Source of the DNA: Bugula neritina
Lineage: Eukaryota; Animalia; Bryozoa
Assembly (NCBI GenBank): GCA_964035545.1
Contig: OZ037769.1
Coordinates: 14,724,633 to 14,788,632 of the forward strand
DNA: 64,000 bases
Reading direction: 5' to 3'
Shown here: positions 1-11,161 of the stretch, one piece after another
How the letters are laid out: each line of letters begins with the position of its first letter
Numbering within the stretch: position 1 is the stretch's first letter
Made by a program: the position numbers and the translations under genes
Notes under the pieces: generated by a model
The model's database searches: none
Told to the model about the DNA's origin: nothing
The model's input: the letters and a program-made list of their open reading frames with translations, nothing else

Positions 1-554
1 AATAATTTATAAGACACGTATATTAATTGCTGCTTCCCCAGAACTTTCTCATCCTCAAAGCTTTCAGCAACCAAATAGCTAGTCTTCACTTTTTGTATGT
101 TTAGTCTTAATTTTGCTATATGGTACCAATTTCATGGCTTTTTAAGCTACAATTTCCTATATTTTGAGATTTCCTAGTTTTTCTAAAGCTTTAATACTTT
201 TAATTTAGTACTTCTGTTTATTAGATGTAATATTTTCTAGAATATTTTATTATTTTATTCGGTTCAGTATAGAAATACTAAAATATCGAGATGTCTACCA
301 GTGGTGAATATAGAGTTGCCTTCTGCTGATTTTTCTAACACAAGTTAATTCTATTTATAAATCTATTAAAACATTTTGGTTTTTTAACTCACAAATTTTG
401 CATGTATTTGTCTTTAACTTCCTATAATAGGCAGTTAAACTACTCTAGTCTACATCGTAACTGCTTCATAAAGCAGCTGGTATGTACATTTATAATATTA
501 TTAATATTTTAGAGAAAGACTGGATGCTCTTCTTAACATTACCAATAGCCTTTA

Positions 555-619
555 CTGGAGTTTGAACCCATGACTTCGTGTTCACAAAGCAAAGGCTTTA
601 ACCCCTAGACCACAGCTGC
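555..619 (-). mobile_element. tRNA-derived fragment (SINE head or tRNA pseudogene)
   Basis: Reverse complement reads GCAGCTGTGGTCTAGGGGTTAAAGCC...TTTGTGAAC...CATGGGTTCAAACTCCAG, with an A-box-like TGGTCTAGGGG and a B-box-like GGTTCAAAC at tRNA spacing. Acceptor and anticodon stems pair poorly, so it is not called a functional tRNA. Confidence 0.35.
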
Positions 620-737
620 TCTCTTATATAATATTTTATCTAAGTGAATTTTAAATGTTCAATATTTAAGATCTAGAGCAAGACTTAGCATTTGAGAGCA
701 ATGACAGAGGTGAGAATCTGTAATTTTCTTTTTTAGA

Positions 738-1514
<777 letters not shown>

Positions 1515-4281
1515 CCACATAACATTGCATATTGAGATGAAACACCATCAAAACGTGAAATTTATACAATTAAAAACATTTAGCAAAGTTATATTTGTTA
1601 TACCAACCGTTTAGTGAGACACACTGAGCAGTTTAATGTATTTGGAATAACTTCTAGCCCTTTACCGTGAAGTTGTTTCAACAAGATTAAATAATTGTTT
1701 TGGTCAATGTATGAAAAACTATCTTTAAAAATGTGTTTTCAAAGCTGAACCAAACAGTTTTTAGTTATTCATTTAGCATTATAAGTGTTATTAGTAATTG
1801 TATAACTTTTATTGTTCTTATATATAATAAATTATGTTCATATACTTCAGTATTTAATCCATAATTTATATGGATTTGTGAAAAGGTGCTATGTATTCAT
1901 GATGTGTGCAATAATGCAAAAAATACCATTACATAATCTCTCCAATTTTAGTAACAAAAGTTTGCATGGTAGTTTTTAAGATTTTATGAATGATTTAACA
2001 AAAAATATGTACCTTGATATGTTAAAAAGTTACAAAAATGTGTAAATGCGCTATCGTAAAGTGCTGCATGGGAGGTGCATCACATAGTCTTTGAAGAAAC
2101 ATTAAAAGGCAGATTAAATGTTGAAGAATATATAGATCAAAATATTATTATATCTGTAAAATTTAAAGCACAAAGGACAGTTTTAAACTTCTGTAGAGTT
2201 ATAGGTTAAATGAAAGCTAATATTTGAAGTCTTGTTTATTAACTGATTTTTTTAAGCTAACCCTGGAGCAATCTTACAAATCGGATTTTGATGATGCATC
2301 TGTATAGCCTATAAAATCAGTCTAAATTCACTGCTTATAGACAGCTATATATATATAGAGCAAAAGGTCTATACAACAATAATGGCTGCATGGCATCAAA
2401 ACATACAGAGACTCGGAAACTATGTATAAACAGCTAGCTAGAGTAGGGTCCAACATTCAACATAATTACTATATTATTTTAAACTATCTATAATGCTTCT
2501 TTAATTTTATCTTCAGAAATAATAATTTTTTACATGCAGAAATTACATTCTTTTGACCTTTGATTTGCATAATCTTATGGTTTGGTAAATTTTATTTCGA
2601 TGAGCCCTTTTTGAGATGACAAACAAATTGAATTTGGGTAAAACTGATAGATTTTACTGAACTGTGAAAACTGCAGTTTTAAAAAAGATCTTTTATTGTT
2701 TATATAACTAGCAGTCAAATACCCTCAATATAATAGCTATATGTTATTGAATTTCTTAATATTTAATGCAGTTCAGGTCAATCACTGACCATAAGGATAG
2801 TTAAGGGAATAATAATTTCACAATGAAGTGAACACTGGTTAAGAAACAATTAAGCACCCTACTATAAGTCACTCAAATGCTTTCAGCCTGGGAATTTTGA
2901 TTTTCAATTGATGAAGCAGCTTTTTCTTTACTTTCTGTTGACCTCTGAACTTGTACCAACTCTAGCTGTTAAGAATGTGACTGACCAAGTGTGTTGTAGA
3001 AAACATATTTCAGCTTACAGTAGCTCAGGATCTCAAGTTGAGGAGTCAAACAAAGGTAAATATATTAAAGCTATTGTTAGCTGTATACTTTATGGTGCCC
3101 TTTGTTATGTGCGTGTGTGTCTGTGTGTGCATGTGCGTGTGAGCGTGTATATCTATTTAAACTGTAAATATTCTCTAAAATGTGTATGGATAAAATATTT
3201 TTCATGAGTGCACAACTATACTACGTTCTGTGCTTATGGAAAATAATGAGAAATATATTATCTGAAAAATTGAACAATCAAACAGTTTAGTAAATTATTA
3301 TATATACATATATATATTTTAGTTATAAGTAAAACGTACATGCATATACACATACTGAATAGGGTTTTAACATTACTGAAAGTAGCCTTATAACCATCAT
3401 TACATAGCATACAACATTTACTTGTGTACTTTAGTTTGCTTTACTGAATACACAGAGCAGTGGGTTTTACTTTTTGGAATTTAGATTTGTCTGCCCTTCT
3501 TCCCCTGTGATAAATCTAATTGTAATTTACTACAACTTGCACTACATGGTGTGTTTATAGATTGATTTCCATGGGCTGAACTATAAGTTAAAAGATATTC
3601 GTCTATCACCGGGTATGGCGAGACTCGTAAGAATACTAGTCAGTTTGTGATTAGATCTCAGGCTAAACAAATATGGAGTACGCTATGACAAATACATATA
3701 TATTATAGATATACATTTCTTTATGTTATATATGATATCTGCATCTATATATTAATGGTTCGTTTATAAACAAACTACACAAAAACGTCAACTTTAACCA
3801 TCAAAGAAATACTACAAGTTTAATAACTATAATATTTGCCTGTTATTATATTATAAAAATCAATAAAGCAAGTAGGTTGGTCATTTACTATGTTTATAAT
3901 TCATATTATTACGAGATTACATAACTATGCTGATATCTGATTTACCAAGTGATATCATAGGAATACAACTCCTACATACAAACTCTATTAGTAACACATG
4001 GAGTATTACACATGGTAGAATAACCTTAGAACTACTAGCATATCTCAGGTTATAATACATTTTGAACTAGTAAACAGATGTAAAACAGAACCATAGTGTA
4101 ACACTGTATGCCTGCATATAGTATGACATTGTTGTGTATAACCTACTCTGTAGTGTCACAATGACACAGCTAAACTAGAAGAACTGCATACAATATACTT
4201 ACATACAGGCATATCTATGGGGCTAAGATATACAAAAACTATAAATTTACGTCTAAATTGTCATTTCCTCCATAGACTACT

Positions 4282-7200
4282 CTAAAAGTCATCTTGTCTT
4301 TTGTGGCCATTAAACCCAGGAAACAGGTAAAGTTTTCTCATATGAGTGAGAGTATCCCAGACTACAACCAACTGTCCTCCACTCTCTAAATTTTTATCTA
4401 AACACAGTTTTCTAACTTTAGTCTGTACCTGAAGAATATTAGGCAAATAAACAGTAAAATTTTATTACTATTCTATACCAGATTATTCTAAATAACCAAT
4501 ACCTTCACTATAACAATACCTACACTATAACAATACCTTCACTATAACAATACCTACACTATAACAATACCTACACTATAACAATACCTTCACTATAACA
4601 ATACCTTCACTATAACAATACCTACACTATAACAATACCTTCACTATAACAATACCTACACTATAACAATACCTACACTATAACAATACCTACACTATAA
4701 CAATACCTTCACTATAACAATACCTTCACTATAACAATACCTACACTATAACAATACCTTCACTATAACAATACCTACACTATAACAATACCTACACTAT
4801 AACAATACCTTCACTATAACAATACCTACACTATAACAATACCTACACTATAACAATATCTTCACTGTAACAATATCTACACTATAACAATACCTACACT
4901 ATAACAATACCTTCACTATAACAATACCTTCACTATAACAATATAACAATACCTACACTATAACAATACCTACACTATAACAATACTTTCACTATAACAA
5001 TACCGTCACTATAACAATATAACAATACCTACACTATAACAATACCTACACTATAACAATACCTACACTATAACAATACTTTCACTATAACAATACCTAC
5101 ACTATAACAATACCTACACTATAACAATACCTTCACTATAACAATACCTTCACTATAACAATACCTTCGCTATAACAATACCTTCACTATAACAATACCT
5201 ACACTATAACAAAATTAAACTGTGAATACTCTATAACAAACTGTAAAATAATTATCAATATTTACTCCTAAAATTAGTAACGTTTGCCAACAACTAACAT
5301 TAATTTGTGCCATTTTCAATTTCATCAGTTCTCCATGCGTATAAGTGTAACAAAGTGCAATACATTCACCTGTTTAAATATGGTGTAGAGGTCATGGTGG
5401 CAGGCATGTTTATACATGGAGGATACAAGAGCTCTAACCATTAGAGATCCACACTCAGGGTGACTTTTTGATATGAATGCTACAAGCAGAATCAATCATA
5501 TAAATTATTCAACTATTAGAAATACAACTAGTTGACTAGTTATACAGTATAATATCATGAATACAGTAACTTGAATTCCATTACATGTGTGTTACTTACA
5601 CTCCATGCTAGATTTCACTACTAGCAGGTCATCATAGTTCAGTCTATTCATAGCCTCAGCATTTTTGTCTCCTGGAACTTTAGCAAGTGGAGGTGAGATA
5701 CTCTCCCCCTCCTTTTGTGATTCTCCAATATCAAACCTGTCTATACCTCTTTGGCCAAAATCACTCCTCTCTGTTAGAAACATAATAAAAAAAGATTATA
5801 TTCACTTCATATGATAAACATCAACAGTGTCAAATATGTAAGAGTTAATATAAATAATTGTGAAACTGGTTGTAAGTGAACATACTTCACCAAATACTCA
5901 ACAGTCAAGGGAACACATTCGAAAGTAACCACAAATGTTTTATAAACTGATTACCTCCACTACAAACTTCCAGTATAACAACCTTTGGTTTGCCAGCCAT
6001 TCCAGAGAAGTTCAAAGGGGTCAGAAGGTCATACACATCTGTTAGTTTAACTCGTTTCAAGTCTGTACCCAAGATGTAGTTGTTCAGCCCTCCATGAGTC
6101 ATGATAACCAACACATGACATCCCAAATCTTTGTGTTCCTCTTTTTTCACCTCAGATTTTACAGCAGACAACATCTCCTAAAACAGGAAGTGAAATATTG
6201 AAATTTGGATGGCAGAAATCCGATCTAAATTTGAAAGCTTCTTTAAAATTTATGACAACTCCTACTAGGTCTTTGAAAATTTAGCTAAACTAAAGTCACA
6301 TGAGGTGAAGAAATAACTTTTAAATCTCATTTACTTTAAACTCAATTTAATAATTTATGTTAAAGTAAAGACTTTGGCATTAATCAGTGCCAGTAAAACT
6401 ATTAATAAGCCAATTCTATTATAGAATATAAACTCATTCCTATTCTTAAGTCAAAATTAATAATAATAATAATCATGATATAACTCATTTGACTTGTTTA
6501 CTTTAAATAACATTTTATTTGAAGATGATTATTTATTAAATGGTCAACAAATGATGCTGGATTAACCCTCCAATTCAGTCTCCAGAGGCCTCAACAAAAA
6601 ACCTGGCCTTACACCTGTGAATCCTTACACCTGTAAACCCAGCCTTACACCTGTAAACCTTTACACCTGTAAACCTTTACACCTGTAAACCTTTACACCT
6701 GTAAACCTTTACACCTGTAAACCTTTACACCTGTAAATCTTTACACCTGTAAACCCTTACACCTCTAAACCCGTCCTTACACCTGCATGTAAACCCTTAT
6801 ACCAGGGGTGGGCAAATGGCGACCCACGGGCCACATCAGCCCCTCTTACTGTTTTAATCAGGCCTTCAGCCAATCACTAGCAATTCTAATATTTTCATTG
6901 GTTTTTTAATCATTCACAAAATGTGTGTACTAAGCAACACTGACCAATCATGAACGTGACTCATGAGAAGATTCTTGCCAATGTATATAGCTGTTAAAAC
7001 TAATGATCACGCTTCAGTTAGCGTAAGTATAGCAGCATTACAACTATAGTTATGTGATGTTGCTGAAACAGCAGTTAGCTTCTACACTTCACCAGTAACC
7101 AGTGAGAAATACCCTACATTAGCTAAACTGGGACTAAGAGCACTGGGCATATTTAGTTATAATTGAAGATTCGAATGCATGTTTTCTAGCATGAACCATA

Positions 7201-8289
7201 CAAAAAATAGTAATATGATCAATGAGCATCTGCAAGATTTGCTTCGAGTAGCCACACATGAACCCATTACAAGCAGTGACATTATTAATAGTGCTAATTG
7301 CTATTATGGCTACTAAAAGTGTATTTCATACTTCTCACTAATTATAGTACTATAAGTGTACCCAATAAACTTTTTGCTGCTTTTTTGCTTAGCGTAGGGC
7401 CACACTGTGCGTAATTTTGCAGGCGAAAACTTAAACCACAGGTAGAAAAGGCGTCCACTGCATGTATGCGTTGAAAAAATTATTGGAATTTGTCGCTCAG
7501 CATTTTGAACGCAAGTTCGAATCGTCTGTCGTCGCCACCTAATTGGCTGGTAGTTATTTAAAGAGCCCACTTTTCTTGATTTAGTGCTACATTCCAGTAG
7601 GTTGCATTTTATTGAAATCGAGTGCGATTTAAAAATGAAAACTCAATTTATCCAGCAGGTGTAGCCATAGCAACAAGGCGATCGGTAAAGTTAAACGCAA
7701 ATATTATTAGCTAGTAGTTTTTTGATTTCACTGATGCTACAGTGGACGCCTTTTCTACTTGTGGTTTAAATTTTTGCCTGCGGAAATGCGCACAGTGTGG
7801 CCTTAGGCTTAGTGAACTATATACAATTTGTTGGTAAATTGATAAACTGCCATATCTTTTATTCTTTATTTATACCCTCAGCTTTGAAAAAAGCAACTTA
7901 TATTTGCATTTGGTAATGCAGCATTGTATATCTTGAATTTACAGCAAACAAACCTGGCCTTTTTTACGCCTTAAATCTTGAGATCTGGCCCTATTTCAAA
8001 AACATTTGCCCATCCCTGCTTTACACCGCGTATTCTGTATACATATAGGCCTATAGAGTCTGTAAACTAACAGAGAAGTAGGTTTTTAACTTCATACGTG
8101 AACAACAACAAAACATACCTCAGCCTTCAGGTCTGTGTGTGTCACAACATCAAACTTGAGAGTTTTCAACATGGTGGACAAATTCTCTACATCCACATCT
8201 GAACCTTTCCTACACAAGTCGGGTCTCTTATCAAAGTTCATGTTGTTTATCATCAGAGCTCTTCCTCTTTTTCTAGTCATAGTAAATAC
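4282..8289 (-). CDS. Caspase (peptidase C14A) domain exons of the fusion gene
   Basis: p20: RGRALMINNMNF...CRKGSDVDVENLSTMLKTLKFDV, catalytic His in VIMTHG, GKPKVVILEVCSG at the QACxG position. p10: DDLLVVKSS...SFISKSHPECGSLMVRAL...QLVVVWDTLTHMRKLYLFPG, matching the caspase C-terminal TLxKxLYF motif. The last two exons (5479-5370, 4428-4282) are absent from the ORF track and were translated by hand. Confidence 0.92.
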
Positions 8290-11104
8290 CTGGATGGAAC
8301 AGAGAAACACTTGTTACTGGTGAACTAAACAACTGGCAAGGATAAATTAGACATTAGACATTAGACATTAAAAGTGATCACCTTGTCGGTATTTGAGAAC
8401 AGCTGTCGTATCTTCCGGTTATTGCTAGGATTCAGTGTGAGTCTTATAAACTTCATATTTTCAACTTCCGCTCTATCTGGGTACAGTTGCTCATCATCAT
8501 CAGAGAGATCACTGAGATCATCATTGGCTGTTATTGTGGAGGTCGGGAGATTTGATTGGCTACTGTTGGCAACTATATAAAGGACAAATTCATATCTCAT
8601 CATGGAATATAGGAAATGTGATATCACAATGATCGGCAAATTGGGACTCAGCTGCAATGTAGTAATATACGTTCATTACTTTACCAAATAAAGTTAAACT
8701 TTTAAAGAACATATTCTTGCACAAACTAGTAACTTGGTATTCACCAGAATTATAAGCTGATCTTCTTTGAACTCCTCGAAGACTCAGTTCACTCACAAAC
8801 TTCTCCAACTTATCAGCTTCTCTCTCAGACAATCTTTCACCTGAAATGTTGAAATACTTGAAAATATAATAAATAATTTCATCGTGCAATTTTTTTCTAG
8901 CCCTAATTATACCAAGGAATGTGGAGGATTAACTCAATTCAATTCTAAATAATGTGGTAAGTTGCAATGAAATAAAAGTTATTACACGCACTACACCATA
9001 ATGTAACCAAACATACATGGATAGAGAAGAGCACTTGGTATCTCCTCATCACCACACAGAGTAGTTGCAGATAAGTTACACAGTTTGGGCTTTGGCGTGG
9101 AATGTTTCAAGGAGCGAAGACACCACGGAGGATGGAGTACTTTCTTAGGACATGGAAGTCCTAGCAGAAGGCAGTGAGCACAGTAGCATGTAGTGACTGG
9201 TCTACTTGCTTTCCAGGTTTCTAGAACATGTCTAAGGATGTTGTTGTTGGTGGTGATGAGTCTCTCCCACATTCCGCTGATGTTGGCAGCATTAGATGAC
9301 ACGTGGAGTGACACTTTTCTAGATTTGTAGTCATGTACCAGCTGTGTGTAGATTCCATCTTGATAGACATTGGCTCCGTTTCTTCTCACTTTCATCACAG
9401 CAAACTCATCTGGAAACGATTCCAACAAACCGACCGTCATCTGGTGGTAGACATATTGTGGCAGGGCTAGACCATTGAACTGTGTCTCCACTTGAAGCAA
9501 CATGTCCTTGGGTGAGGAGTAGGAGGTGCTGTGGTAGTTTTTAGCATACTGAGGTACAATGAACCATGGCTCTTCAGACTCGCCATGTATTGGACCGTGC
9601 AGCAAACGAAATGTCTGGAGTAAGCAGACAGCAACATCTACATCCTTAGAGCTACGGAATGATGTCTCTTTTTCAATGAAATAAAAAAGAAGTGACTGCA
9701 TCATTAAACCAGTGTCAGTGAAATTACTGACAGACCTCTCAAAGTCTTGCTTCTCAAAACGTAGTTCAGTTTGTGTATAGTATGGCTGGAACTGGTCAAC
9801 TCTACTCTGCCATATGTTAGGATCATGATGATACAAGACACATAGAAGTTTGGTGATTCCTGAAATCTTGTGGAATATGTATGGCCGGAGGGAGTTGATG
9901 TCTTTATACCACAAGACTTTGCCGCAGTCATGCATGTATGTGAGGATTATGTCCAGCTGACCTGACTCAATGTGTTGAAGTTCTGTTTGTACGTACTTTA
10001 GTGTCTCATCAAAGGTACTGTACACAGAGGGAAAGGACAGCACTTTTTCATTCACTTCCTCCCAGACAAAAGGTAAAGGTTTCAAGAAATGTTGACTGCT
10101 TTGAAGAAGAGACTTCTTGATCAGGTCAAACACCTCATACTTATCATCCTTTCCCAGCTCATAAATGTCCTCACCAAGAAAGACTCCTCCGGCTGATTCA
10201 CTCAAATGTTTGATTCGAGCAAATTCTCCACCCAATGCTTCCTCTTCCCTAATCATCTCCTCACACAGTTTATTTGAAGTTTCTAGGAAGCTTTTCTGAA
10301 ACTGTTGGAATTCTGCACTCTGAAACTTATCTTTATGTGTGAAGATAAGTTTTGGTGAACCTAGAGTTGGGTTAGCCAGGTAGAGGTGAGACATGTAATC
10401 AAAGGCTAATCTTCTGACAGCTTCTCTGGGTGTTGATTCAATTGAAATCTCTTTGTATTGTTCCATGTTGACTACTATGACTGGAATGCAGTTCTGTCTC
10501 AGTGTCAGTTGATAGGTGATATGGTAGACCTCTTGGCCTCCCATATCAATGAGACGGAGTACTGTACCATCCACCTTCACCTCTTCAACATTAAACACTT
10601 TTGTTGTCTCATCGTTCACAGCATCTGGCCCTCTGTTGGTCAGAACTCTCTTTCTGTCAGCATTCTGTAATGTTTCAATTAGACTGGTCTTCCCAGCCAT
10701 TGTATTACCTAGCACAGCTATAGTAGCAAATGGTAGACTTCTACCAGCACCTTTAGCCAAGTCTGTGTAGTATTGTCTCACAGCATCCAGTCCTCTCCTA
10801 CATACTTCTAGTGGAGGAGAGGTGAGAGCATCACAATATCTAACATGCAGTGTGTGAAGTTGAGTTAGCTGTAGTATCTCAGGATCTAAGGATGTCAGGG
10901 AGTAATTAAGAGATATATCCAGTTCCTGCAGACTACTCAGTGAGTACACAGGAGATGGTAACCTGGTGAAGTTGTTGTATGATATGGTCAGTTTCTCTAA
11001 CTTCTGTAGACTCTGCATGCTAATAAATATGAAATATATATTTGAGGTTTCAAAAATGGGGTTTGCACAATAATAAATATTGAAGTTCCATAATACAATT
11101 CATA

Positions 11105-11161
<57 letters not shown>

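Noticed and set aside
555-619. Functional tRNA-His(GTG)
   Set aside because: A and B boxes are present but the cloverleaf stems do not pair well, so it is more likely SINE-derived.
2908-3207. 99-aa ORF with a signal-peptide-like start
   Set aside because: It has a non-ATG start, no recognisable domain, and runs into TG repeats. It might contain an exon, but I cannot support a gene model.
4497-5210. Minisatellites (also 16872-17518 and 6608-6790) as CRISPR-like arrays
   Set aside because: Units are head-to-tail with no unique spacers, there are no cas genes, and the context is eukaryotic intronic or intergenic DNA.
5955-6177. Calling the protease a paracaspase (MALT1) or metacaspase because QACxG is altered
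   Set aside because: It retains the caspase-type Arg179 motif, GKPK, an intersubunit linker and a p10 ending in KLYLFPG, and it has no Ig domains or DxC motif.
8991-11018. Treating the 675-aa ORF as a stand-alone Roco gene and the caspase ORFs as a separate gene
   Set aside because: The ORF begins right after an in-phase acceptor (11020) and has a consensus donor 26 nt before its stop. The following exons continue in frame, and I see no AATAAA on the coding strand just after the stop. A short unspliced isoform cannot be excluded.
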